A stretch of 23,102 nucleotides of DNA from Opitutales bacterium (lineage in GTDB: Bacteria; Verrucomicrobiota; Verrucomicrobiia; Opitutales; JABSRG01). This document shows positions 8,490-16,954 of the stretch, piece by piece. The position numbers were made by a program, and so were the translations under genes. Positions within the stretch are counted from its first letter, which is position 1. Each line of letters begins with the position of its first letter. Location: assembly GCA_049599475.1 (NCBI GenBank), contig JBMYOQ010000067.1, positions 1 to 23,102 on the forward strand. Reading direction: 5' to 3'. The notes under the pieces were generated by a model that saw nothing but the letters and a program-made list of their open reading frames with translations, ran no database searches and was not told the DNA's origin.

Positions 8490-11081
8490 ATGGCGAAGGC
8501 AAAGAGGACCCCAATGATGGAGCAGTGGCACGACATTCGTAGTCGTGTAGCAAAGGATACCCTTCTGTTTTTCCGCCTAGGGGATTTCTACGAGATATTT
8601 AATGAGGATGCGGTGGAAGGCTCGCGAATCCTTGGAATCACTCAGACGCATCGCCATGGCCTACCGATGGCGGGTATACCCTATCATGCCGCCAATGCCT
8701 ATATCGGGAAAATTCTGAATGCGGGCCGCAAAGTCGCTATTGTCGATCAGGTCGAAACGCCCAAAGCGGGCAAGCTGGTAAAACGCGAACTCACGCGCAT
8801 CATCACGCCTGGGACTATCCTGGAGAGCCAACAGCAGGACGAGCGGAGCAGCCAATATATCTTGGCCATTTCAATGAGCCGTCAGGGGATCCACACATCC
8901 TGGATGGACTTGACCACTGGAGAATTTGTCATCGCTCAGCAGTCTCTGTTTCAGGCAGAGCAGTTACTCCCCGTCATCTCTGCGCTCGAGCCGCGTGAAG
9001 TTCTCATCCCTGAATCGGGAATCCAGATAAAGGTCCGTGGCGTCGAACTCGAGGGCCTCTACAGTCAGCTCGACGCCCTCCTCGAAAACCGACTCACCAC
9101 CCAACTCCCAGATTATCAATTTGATCCGGTCTCAGGTCAGCGCACCGTTCTGGAGACTCTGAAAGTGCTCAATCTCGAAGGCTTCGGCATCGAGCACGGG
9201 CACCCCGCACTGGGTCCAGCCGGAGCCCTCGTGGAATATGTCACGGACACCCTTTGCCAACGCCCCAAGCACATCTCGCGCATTAGTGAGCACCGCTCGG
9301 GCAACGTGCTCTTGGTAGATCCGGCGACACAGCGTAATCTGGAGATTTTCCGCGGAGCGGGACAGACCCGACAGGGCAGCCTGATCGAGGCAATGGATGC
9401 CACAGTCACCGCGGCCGGAGCGCGCCAGCTTGAGACCATACTCGCCCGGCCGGTCATGGATCTAGACACCATTGAATACCGCCAGAACGTGGTCGGTGTC
9501 TTTACCGAAGTCCCCTCTTCGCTTTTCGATATCCAACAACTGCTCAAACAAGTCCGGGACATACCGCGCATCTTGAGCCGTTTGCAAAACCGTATCCAAA
9601 ACCCTAGAGAGCTCGGCGGCATCCGGGACACCTTGGATAAACTTCCAGAGATTGTCCACGAACTGGAAACAATCAGCCATCCACTTCTGCGCACGATCAT
9701 CAATCGCATCGAAAACTTCGATACGCTCACCGATCTCCTCGACAACGCCCTCAACGAAGAACTTCCTGGAGCTATACAAGATGGAGGAGCCATCGCCCCG
9801 GGTTACGACGAAGAGCTGGATCGCCTGCGCTCCCTGACGACAGATAACAAAACTTGGCTCGCCGACCTCGAATCATCCGAACAGGAAACCACTGGAATTA
9901 AAAACCTAAAGGTTAAATATAACGGCGCTTTCGGTTATTTCATCGAGGTCACCAAGGCGAACCTTTCCCTAGTCCCGGAGCACTACATCCGCAAGCAAAC
10001 CATGACCAATGCGGAGCGTTTTACCACGGACGAGCTCAAGACTAAGGAAAAGGAAATTCTCAATGCCGAGGAGCGTGCCTTGGCTCGTGAAGAGACGATC
10101 TTCCGCGAATTGATCGAGGAGATCCTTGAGCACCGAGATTCGCTCATGCGAACCTCCGAGTGTATTGCAGAACTGGATATATTTTGCGGCTGGGCGCAAC
10201 TCGCCCGAGAGTGGAATTATTGCAAACCTACCGTAGACAGCTCGGATATTCTCGACATCCAAGGCGGCAGACATCCCGTAGTCGAGCAGACGATGCGCAA
10301 GGAGCGCTTGGGCCTTGCCGGCACCCATTCATTTGTCCCGAATGATTGCCAACTCGAGTCTTCGGGAAGCCAGATTGCCCTAATTACTGGCCCCAATATG
10401 GCGGGTAAATCTACCTATATTCGCCAGATTGGGCTCATCACTCTTATGGCGCAAGTCGGCGCCTGGGTGCCCGCAGATAGCTGTCACCTCGGGCTCGTCG
10501 ATCGAGTCTTCTCCCGTGTTGGGGCGAGCGACGAGCTTTCACGAGGCAACTCGACATTCATGGTGGAGATGAATGAGACTGCAAATATTCTGAATAATTG
10601 CACGAGCCGGAGCCTAATCATCTTGGACGAAATCGGGCGCGGAACGAGCACTTACGACGGATTGAGTATTGCATGGGCCGTCGTAGAACATCTTCACGGC
10701 ACAGATGACGAGGGCCCACGGACATTGTTCGCGACTCACTATCACGAGCTCACCAAGCTCGCAACAGATCTCCCCCGCATGCGCAACTTCTCGGTAGCCG
10801 TCAAGGAGTGGAACGACGAAATCATTTTTGTGCGCCAAGTCGTACCGGGTGCCGCAGATCGCTCGTATGGAATCCAGGTGGCACGCTTGGCAGGTCTGCC
10901 AGATAGTGTGATTTCTCGGGCTAAAATTTTGCTAGATGCGCTAGAGTCCGGAAACGAGCAGATTGAGGTGGAAAAATCTCCCCAAAAGCGCCCCACACGC
11001 AAGAGTTCCGCCCAATCAAGGGTCGAAAAAGTGGAAGAGGTCGCGGACGAAGATCCTACGTCTCAGCTCGAGCTTTTTTGA
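8490..11081 (+). CDS. mutS: DNA mismatch repair protein MutS
   Basis: TPMMEQW, FFRLGDFYE (F-x-E mismatch motif), Walker A TGPNMAGKST, STFMVEM, DEIGRGTSTYDG, FATHYHEL and SYGIQVARLAG; ends in the clamp-binding-like motif QLELF. Confidence 0.98.
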   Translation: MAKAKRTPMMEQWHDIRSRVAKDTLLFFRLGDFYEIFNEDAVEGSRILGITQTHRHGLPMAGIPYHAANAYIGKILNAGRKVAIVDQVETPKAGKLVKRELTRIITPGTILESQQQDERSSQYILAISMSRQGIHTSWMDLTTGEFVIAQQSLFQAEQLLPVISALEPREVLIPESGIQIKVRGVELEGLYSQLDALLENRLTTQLPDYQFDPVSGQRTVLETLKVLNLEGFGIEHGHPALGPAGALVEYVTDTLCQRPKHISRISEHRSGNVLLVDPATQRNLEIFRGAGQTRQGSLIEAMDATVTAAGARQLETILARPVMDLDTIEYRQNVVGVFTEVPSSLFDIQQLLKQVRDIPRILSRLQNRIQNPRELGGIRDTLDKLPEIVHELETISHPLLRTIINRIENFDTLTDLLDNALNEELPGAIQDGGAIAPGYDEELDRLRSLTTDNKTWLADLESSEQETTGIKNLKVKYNGAFGYFIEVTKANLSLVPEHYIRKQTMTNAERFTTDELKTKEKEILNAEERALAREETIFRELIEEILEHRDSLMRTSECIAELDIFCGWAQLAREWNYCKPTVDSSDILDIQGGRHPVVEQTMRKERLGLAGTHSFVPNDCQLESSGSQIALITGPNMAGKSTYIRQIGLITLMAQVGAWVPADSCHLGLVDRVFSRVGASDELSRGNSTFMVEMNETANILNNCTSRSLIILDEIGRGTSTYDGLSIAWAVVEHLHGTDDEGPRTLFATHYHELTKLATDLPRMRNFSVAVKEWNDEIIFVRQVVPGAADRSYGIQVARLAGLPDSVISRAKILLDALESGNEQIEVEKSPQKRPTRKSSAQSRVEKVEEVADEDPTSQLELF

Positions 11082-11134
11082 ATTTTGTGAAATAATTCGT
11101 AAAAAAACTTTTACGAACCCCTTGTTTTCGGGCA

Positions 11135-11162
11135 TCGACACATTCTTCTATTGAACTATAAC
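11135..11162 (+). promoter_or_regulatory. Candidate sigma70-type promoter
   Basis: TCGACA (11135-11140), 16-nt spacer, TATAAC (11157-11162); each hexamer matches 5/6 of consensus. Confidence 0.4.
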
Positions 11163-11291
11163 GTGAAGGCTCCCCTCAATACACCCTTCTACTGGTGGTT
11201 TAATCGCCGTCGCTATACGTTGGGTGCCGGACCCGAGGGGGGGTCCGGCACCGTTCCCAACCCACACTGTACACAAGCGTTTTTAAAATGA
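11163..11291 (+). CDS. Candidate 42-aa leader peptide/uORF (MKAPLNTPFYWWFNRRRYTLGAGPEGGSGTVPNPHCTQAFLK)
   Basis: Open frame from GTG 11163 to TGA 11289-11291, which overlaps the downstream ATG (ATGA). Contains the run TTC TAC TGG TGG TTT. No clear SD sequence. Confidence 0.42.
   Translation: MKAPLNTPFYWWFNRRRYTLGAGPEGGSGTVPNPHCTQAFLK
11219..11261 (+). promoter_or_regulatory. Strong GC hairpin without U-tract in the oxidoreductase leader
   Basis: Perfect 12-bp stem GGTGCCGGACCC (11223-11234)/GGGTCCGGCACC (11241-11252) with loop GAGGGG. An alternative base pairs GTTGGG (11219-11224) with CCCAAC (11256-11261). Confidence 0.75.
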
Positions 11292-12376
11292 GCCCCACCG
11301 ACACACCTATCCTTATAGTCGGTGCGGGGCTCGCAGGTTTGCATTTAGCCTGGTCTCTTCACCTGAAGGGACGCCCGTTCACGATTCTCTCTCACGACTC
11401 CGGAAAACCCGCCTGGCAAGCCTCGGCCGGTATCATAAACCCAGTAACCGGCAAGCGCGTGGTGAAATCCTGGCAAATCGATACCCTCCTGCCATTTGCA
11501 AGAGAACGATACGCCACCATCGCACACATTACCCAGGAACCCAGCGCCTATCATTCCACGCCCCTCGTGCGCTATTTTCGCGGCGATGCAGACGAGCGCC
11601 AGCGCTACCAGGAAAGGCGCAAGCAGGCAGACTATGCCCCTTATCTAAAACAAGAACCACAGGCAGACATAGACGGCTTTGAAATTGCCGAGAGCGGCTG
11701 GGTGGATGTCCAAGCTTTCGTCGAGTCTTCCAGGAAATATTTTAAATCAACCAATTGTCTGGAAGAGACCCCCACCCCCTTTGACGCAAGAAGCATCGAG
11801 TTTGGCGATAATACGATCTCATGGAGCGTTCGAGACTGGAGTCATGTTGTCTTTTGCGAAGGTTATCACGGAGTAAACAATCCTTTTTTCGACTGGCTCG
11901 ATTATCGTATTTCACGTGGCGATGTCCTAGACTTCAAGGTCCCAGGGCCTCTGCCGCAGCACATCTTAAATCGCGAAAAATGGGTATTGCCGCTCACAGA
12001 ATCATCCGGACGCACCGGATCGACCTATGCGTGGGATGATCTTGAATCAGCACCTTCACCCACCGACGCCGATCCACTTTTGAAGGCGTGGCCTGATCTC
12101 CTTCCAGAATTGGAAGATGCCGAAATCAAGCAACACCGCGTGGGTATCCGCCCGGGAACCAACGATTCAAAACCCTACGCAGGCCCCCACCCCCTAGAGC
12201 GACGCATCGCCATTTTAAATGGATTTGGCTCGAAAGGAGCCTCTCAAAGCCCGTGGTGCGCGGAAGAGCTCTCAAAGTTTATCTGTGAAGGCCATTCGCT
12301 TCCTGAAGAGATCAACCCGTCCCGCAGGCTCAAATTTTTGAAACAGCCTCTCGAGGCCCCTAGAGACATACTTTGA
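11288..12376 (+). CDS. FAD-dependent oxidoreductase, D-amino-acid/glycine oxidase (DAO) superfamily, resembling a stand-alone MnmC oxidase domain
   Basis: IVGAGLAG Rossmann motif, ASAGIINPVTGKR, GIRPGTNDSKPYAG and NGFGSKG. Confidence 0.88.
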   Translation: MSPTDTPILIVGAGLAGLHLAWSLHLKGRPFTILSHDSGKPAWQASAGIINPVTGKRVVKSWQIDTLLPFARERYATIAHITQEPSAYHSTPLVRYFRGDADERQRYQERRKQADYAPYLKQEPQADIDGFEIAESGWVDVQAFVESSRKYFKSTNCLEETPTPFDARSIEFGDNTISWSVRDWSHVVFCEGYHGVNNPFFDWLDYRISRGDVLDFKVPGPLPQHILNREKWVLPLTESSGRTGSTYAWDDLESAPSPTDADPLLKAWPDLLPELEDAEIKQHRVGIRPGTNDSKPYAGPHPLERRIAILNGFGSKGASQSPWCAEELSKFICEGHSLPEEINPSRRLKFLKQPLEAPRDIL

Positions 12377-12381
12377 CCCAC

Positions 12382-12422
12382 AAAAAAAGCAGGCCTGGGG
12401 CTCTCACCTCCCAGGCCTGCTT
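12382..12422 (-). terminator. Intrinsic terminator of the MCP gene, probably bidirectional
   Basis: AAGCAGGCCTGGG/CCCAGGCCTGCTT 13-bp stem between convergent genes. A7 on the left gives U7 on the minus strand; TTCTATT lies on the right. Confidence 0.88.
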
Positions 12423-12447
12423 CTATTATCTCTCTCTCCTGATTACC

Positions 12448-14196
12448 CTATCGAAAATCGTCCCATTCCTCTTCATCTACAGTCGAAACTGGAATTTTTT
12501 TTGATTCAGAGGCATTTTTTTTCACTGAAGGCTCTTTTGAGCCAAAAAAGTCGCTATGATCGGAGTCTGATGACCCAGAATTTAAGGAAGGCGATTGAAT
12601 ACTCGATATCGCTTTCTGGTGAGCGTCGTTAGCAATCAGTGATGGGATTTCTCTTTTATCATCGCCGTTATCCTCATTATTGCCGAAATCCCCGATCAGC
12701 CCGATCAACATCTTCACATTCCTGCGCAGAACTTCGGCTTGAGTCGTAAATTGAGCGGCGGCACTCGCGGTCTCTTCAGAGAATGCAGCGTTTGCCTGGG
12801 TCACTTTGTCCATTTCGAAAACAGCTGTGTTCAATTGCCCGATTCCGGTAGCCTGCTCGCTGGATGAGCTATCCACATCGCGAGCGACTGTTGCTATCTC
12901 CTGAATGCGGCCAACGATATCCGAGAGATTCTCGCTCACCTCACCACAAATATTTGCCCCATTTTCGCTCTTGTTTACCGACTCCTCGATAAGGCGAGCG
13001 GTATCACTCGCTGCATTTGCAGATCGCTGTGCGAGACTCCGCACCTCCTCCGCGACGACAGAGAACCCTGCTCCAGCTTCACATGCACGAGCAGCCTCAA
13101 CAGCAGCATTTAGTGCCAGAATATTCGTCTGGAACGCGATCTCATCAATGGTCTTGATAATGTGTGAAATCTCGTGACTAGAGTGCTTAATATCATCCAT
13201 CGCCTTGAGCATATTCGACATACCTTCATTTCCAGTCTCCGCAGCACTCATGGCATCCTCTACGAGATGACGTGCGCGCTCCGAGCTTTCGGCATTTTGC
13301 TTGGTCTGGCTCGAAAGTTCTTCGAGAGAGGCACTGGTTTCCTCAAGAGAAGCAGCTTGCTCGCTCGCACCCTCAGCCATGCTTTGGCTAGCTCCTGAGA
13401 TCTCGACAGCCGCAGCCTCCGCCTCATCTGAAATTCGGTCGAGCTCTCCAATAGTGCCCAATAGAGGACGGATGATGCTGAAGCGGACCAAGAAGAACGC
13501 CGCGACCGCAAATACCAGCGCCACCGGCACGATAAAGGCGAGTGTTTTCATCACCGAAGAGGCGACCGTCGCATTCAAGCCATCCGTCGAGGATTTTAAG
13601 ACAAATGCCCCAGCGAGATCTCCCGTTCTCCAGTCTTCCATTGGAAATCCTAAAATATCTTTTCCGTCCCCCGTCGGGCTATTCGCCGGATCGCCGTGAC
13701 ACGCCAAGCAGTCGCGCGATAGGTGCACTGCACTCGCAAATGTAATTTCCCCCTTATCATGATCGACATGAAAGTAATCATCCTCACCAGCTTTGAATTT
13801 TTGCAGAATCTCAGACTCTTCCGCGTTGGGCGCATGCTCCGGGTTGCGCGGATTCTCGCGAACTACGTGAAAATTGTATCCTTCCTTCTTCGCAACATTC
13901 TTCACCGCCTCCCAAGACGCGACGACAGGAATCGTCTCATACATGAGCGTCTGCGTATAATCATCCGCTTCTGCCGCCTCTGCAGTCAACTCCTCAGTCC
14001 GAAAGGCACCTTCCTGATTAAGATGCGAGAACTCATCGATTACCGAGTGAGCCTGATCCATGATCGCTACAAAGTGTTTGTGAGCTTCCTTCTCACCTTG
14101 GGCGATGATCACCTGACGTTGAACAAGGACAGATACGATACCTGTAAGGAAAATGGCACCTACGGTGACTGCGATTACTTTGGTTCCTACTTTCAT
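12448..14196 (-). CDS. Methyl-accepting chemotaxis protein with periplasmic heme-c (DUF3365/Tll0287-like) sensor domain
   Basis: Two TM segments flank a domain with PRNPEHAP and CLACH (CxxCH). Signalling domain [21 protein letters not shown]...[14 protein letters not shown]; ends EEEWDDFR. Start placed at ATG 14196 ([10 protein letters not shown]). Confidence 0.93.
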   Translation of the reverse strand: MKVGTKVIAVTVGAIFLTGIVSVLVQRQVIIAQGEKEAHKHFVAIMDQAHSVIDEFSHLNQEGAFRTEELTAEAAEADDYTQTLMYETIPVVASWEAVKNVAKKEGYNFHVVRENPRNPEHAPNAEESEILQKFKAGEDDYFHVDHDKGEITFASAVHLSRDCLACHGDPANSPTGDGKDILGFPMEDWRTGDLAGAFVLKSSTDGLNATVASSVMKTLAFIVPVALVFAVAAFFLVRFSIIRPLLGTIGELDRISDEAEAAAVEISGASQSMAEGASEQAASLEETSASLEELSSQTKQNAESSERARHLVEDAMSAAETGNEGMSNMLKAMDDIKHSSHEISHIIKTIDEIAFQTNILALNAAVEAARACEAGAGFSVVAEEVRSLAQRSANAASDTARLIEESVNKSENGANICGEVSENLSDIVGRIQEIATVARDVDSSSSEQATGIGQLNTAVFEMDKVTQANAAFSEETASAAAQFTTQAEVLRRNVKMLIGLIGDFGNNEDNGDDKREIPSLIANDAHQKAISSIQSPSLNSGSSDSDHSDFFGSKEPSVKKNASESKKIPVSTVDEEEWDDFR

Positions 14197-14234
14197 GCGC
14201 GAAAATTGGGTTAATATTGGAAACGGCGATTGGG

Positions 14235-14261
14235 AATTCGACAGCAGGTTCTCATCGTTGA
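14235..14261 (-). promoter_or_regulatory. Candidate sigma28 (FliA)-like promoter for the MCP gene
   Basis: The minus strand reads TCAA-N15-GTCGAATT, against consensus TAAA-N15-GCCGATAA, about 40 nt upstream of the ATG. A chemoreceptor is a plausible FliA target. Confidence 0.3.
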
Positions 14262-14391
14262 ACAAAACTTTGCGTTTCTACGTTAGAAACCGGACATAAA
14301 CCCATTTTTTACACACCCAATAAGGCCCAAAGAAACGTCACCATAAACAAACCTAATATAAGTAGCGTTACCCAAAAAACATACAAATTAC

Positions 14392-14838
14392 TTATACCCC
14401 CTGAGCACCTTCCAACGCGAGAGTCTGCAAGTATGCCAAAAGCGAATACACGATGTATGCCTCCTGTAATCCGCTTTTAAACTGACCTGGGTCAAATTCT
14501 GCATTTTCTAGGGCCTCATCGGTAACATCCTTCAAAGCAGTCTCACGCAAATGCAGTCTCAGGCATGAGCACGCTTTCATAACAGCAAATAACTCCTCAA
14601 GAGTGAGGTCTATCGCCCCAACACCAAAATCTTCTTTTTTTACGAAGCTGAGCAAGCCTTCCAAAACCTCCAAATTCTCACTCTCTAAGCCTTCAACCCA
14701 AATCTCCAGATCATCCTCGGCCTCCGGGGAATATCCTCGAGCTTTTCCCGTTTCTTGAAGGGACTCGTAGATACCTTGCAACATTCTCCGCAAAAAAGCC
14801 CGGACTGCGGGGTCCATCCTGATATTTAATTCCGGCAT
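14392..14838 (-). CDS. DUF2017 (AosR-like) family protein
   Basis: Lies 3 nt downstream of clpS. AVMKACSCLRLHL and VYSLLAYLQTLALE resemble the DUF2017 motifs (W...LNDLRLAL; VYxWLxxLQExL) of the protein that follows clpS in Actinobacteria. Confidence 0.62.
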   Translation of the reverse strand: MPELNIRMDPAVRAFLRRMLQGIYESLQETGKARGYSPEAEDDLEIWVEGLESENLEVLEGLLSFVKKEDFGVGAIDLTLEELFAVMKACSCLRLHLRETALKDVTDEALENAEFDPGQFKSGLQEAYIVYSLLAYLQTLALEGAQGV

Positions 14839-14841
14839 ATC

Positions 14842-15147
14842 CTATTGCTCCTCCGCCGATTCCAAGACCGCCGTCAATTGCCATTGCTGCAGGGTATAGA
14901 CAAATGCCTCCGCTTTCTCAAAATCACCCGTCCACACGACACTCTTTCCCTGCTCGTGGACTTCCATCATGTGTCGCGTAGCCTTCTCTTTGGAATATCC
15001 AAAAACATTCTGAAAAACGAACACCACGTAATTCATCAGATTTACCGGATCATTCATGACGATCACATTCCACGGTGTCGCTAAATCTGCTTCCGGCTCC
15101 AAGACCGGCGAAGCCAGCGGGTTTTCCTGGGATAAATTCCAATGCAT
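14842..15147 (-). CDS. clpS: ATP-dependent Clp protease adaptor ClpS (NDPVN type)
   Basis: PWNVIVMNDPVNLMNYVVFVFQNVFGYSKEKATRHMMEVHEQGKSVV...AE; start overlaps the sufU stop (TGATG). Confidence 0.95.
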   Translation of the reverse strand: MHWNLSQENPLASPVLEPEADLATPWNVIVMNDPVNLMNYVVFVFQNVFGYSKEKATRHMMEVHEQGKSVVWTGDFEKAEAFVYTLQQWQLTAVLESAEEQ

Positions 15148-15587
15148 CAGACGTCGGTTTCAGATAATGCTTTTTCCAGCACATCCCAGGGTAAACGCGC
15201 ACAGCGTAATCGGGCAGGAAATTGCTGGACGCCGTTGAGTGCATGAAGATCGCCATGCAAGTCGACTTCTAGCGGGTCTCCGCCTTCGAGGCCTTCCAGC
15301 ACTGCCTTTTTCAAAGACACCACCACCTGCGCTGATTTTCCTGATACGGCTTCAACTAACATTGAGGTGGAAGCAGTACAAATCGCACAGCTTGCCCCTT
15401 GGAAACGCACCTCGCGGACGGTTCCAGTCTCCAAATCAATATCTAGCGCCAGCCGCACTTCATCGCCGCATGTCGGGTTGCGCCCCTCGGCATGCACCCA
15501 ATTCTCGGGCGCTTCGCCCTTTCCTATTGGAGCTTTATTGTGCTTCAGGATGATTTCCTGATACAGCGCCTTCAGGTCTTCAGACAT
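15147..15587 (-). CDS. sufU: SufU (NifU-like) sulfur-transfer/Fe-S assembly protein
   Basis: LYQEIILKH, NPTCGDEV, SCAICTAS and FPARLRCARLPW, with the SufU-type insertion before the last Cys. Start reassigned to ATG 15587, 4 nt after the sufS stop. Confidence 0.92.
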   Translation of the reverse strand: MSEDLKALYQEIILKHNKAPIGKGEAPENWVHAEGRNPTCGDEVRLALDIDLETGTVREVRFQGASCAICTASTSMLVEAVSGKSAQVVVSLKKAVLEGLEGGDPLEVDLHGDLHALNGVQQFPARLRCARLPWDVLEKALSETDV

Positions 15588-15591
15588 CGTG

Positions 15592-16851
15592 CTATCCGAA
15601 AAATTTCTGGATCTTGGCAACAGCAGCGACAAAGCGATCCACCTCTTCTTCAGTATTATAGAATGCTAGTGAGGCACGCGCCGTCCCCACGATAGCGTAA
15701 CGCGTCATTAATGGCTGACAGCAATGGTGCCCCGCTCGAATGCATATATTCTCTGCGTCAAGGAATGTGGCCATATCATGCGGATGCACACCATCGATCA
15801 AAAATGAAGTAACACTTACTTTCTTCTCAGCCTCACCATAGATGCGCAACCCAGGTATTTCTTTCAAGCCAGCCTCGAGCCGTACACGTAGTGCATCTTC
15901 AAAGACATGCATTTCTTCTGGATCAAAAGCAAAGACATATTGAATCGCCGTCGCGAGGCCGATTGCGCCGCTAATATGCGGTGTTCCCGCTTCAAACCGA
16001 GCAGGCGCTTTGGCAAATGTAGTGCCATCAAATGACACCTTATCGATCATGTCTCCTCCACCCTGGTAAGGAGGCATGCGCTCTAAATGCTCCGCTTTGG
16101 CATAAAGGACTCCGACACCCGTCGGACCAAATATTTTGTGACTCGAGAATACATAGAAATCGCAATCGAGTGTCTCCACACAAGACTTCATCCCATGAGG
16201 CACAGCCTGCGCGCCATCGAGTAATACAGGGACACCTCGCTCCCGGGCAGCCGCAATGACGGCCTCGACAGGATTGATCGTACCCAAAGCATTCGACACA
16301 TGGCTCACCGCGACCATTGCAACGCCATCATCAAGCTGTTCCGACAGGCCCGAGAGTTCCCACTCTCCGGCATCCGTAACAGGAATACGCAATATCCGAA
16401 GCCCACGCTCTTCCGCGAGCAATTGCCAGGGCACGATATTGGCATGATGCTCCAGCTCTGAGAGCAAGATCGCATCTCCCGCTTTCAAATGCAGTTTTCC
16501 AAATGACTGAGCAACCAAATTAACAGCTTCTGTAGCACCGCGTGTGAAGATAACAGAATTGCTATCGGAGGCTCCCAGAAATTTCGCAATCGTTTCGCGT
16601 GCGGCTTCGTAAGCCGAGGTCGCGGAATCACTCAGATGATAAACGCCGCGATGAATATTCGCGTAACCTGTGGTCAGGAATTCACGCTCGGCATCCAAGA
16701 CTTGGATGGGTTTTTGAGCCGAGGCCGCACTATCAAAAAATACGAGAGGTTTCCCATTTCGCTCAGTCTGCAAAATGGGAAAATCTGTCCGCGCCCGCGC
16801 AAAGGTAGCGCGTGCGCGGTCTAGAAGAGAAATGTCCACAGCGGATTCCAT
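15592..16851 (-). CDS. sufS: Cysteine desulfurase, SufS (class II) family
   Basis: FDSAASAQKP, ANIHRG, EHHANIVPW, DGAQAVPH, FSSHKIFGPTG (PLP Lys), RFEAGTP and RAGHHC (catalytic Cys). Confidence 0.97.
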   Translation of the reverse strand: MESAVDISLLDRARATFARARTDFPILQTERNGKPLVFFDSAASAQKPIQVLDAEREFLTTGYANIHRGVYHLSDSATSAYEAARETIAKFLGASDSNSVIFTRGATEAVNLVAQSFGKLHLKAGDAILLSELEHHANIVPWQLLAEERGLRILRIPVTDAGEWELSGLSEQLDDGVAMVAVSHVSNALGTINPVEAVIAAARERGVPVLLDGAQAVPHGMKSCVETLDCDFYVFSSHKIFGPTGVGVLYAKAEHLERMPPYQGGGDMIDKVSFDGTTFAKAPARFEAGTPHISGAIGLATAIQYVFAFDPEEMHVFEDALRVRLEAGLKEIPGLRIYGEAEKKVSVTSFLIDGVHPHDMATFLDAENICIRAGHHCCQPLMTRYAIVGTARASLAFYNTEEEVDRFVAAVAKIQKFFG

Positions 16852-16954
16852 ATAAGCACTCTAACGCAAAAACACGATCTGTCCACTTCAGCTTAACACC
16901 AAGGAGCGGAGATCTGAGGACATATCAATGTCGCTACTCCCGTAAGTTTTTAGT

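Noticed and set aside
9137..9793. 218-aa minus-strand ORF within mutS
   Set aside because: Ser/Arg-rich antisense shadow with no domain features.
11064..11081. MutS C-terminal QLELF motif
   Set aside because: A standard beta-clamp-binding motif known in MutS proteins; not novel.
11163..11265. tRNA, SRP RNA or intrinsic terminator reading of the post-mutS hairpin
   Set aside because: No cloverleaf or T-loop, no SRP motif, and no U-tract next to the stem on either strand.
14240..14300. Possible c-di-GMP-I riboswitch upstream of the MCP gene (minus strand has ACGCAAAG after a hairpin)
   Set aside because: The GNRA tetraloop/receptor and P1 pairing could not be found, and only one short motif matches. 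An Infernal search would settle it.
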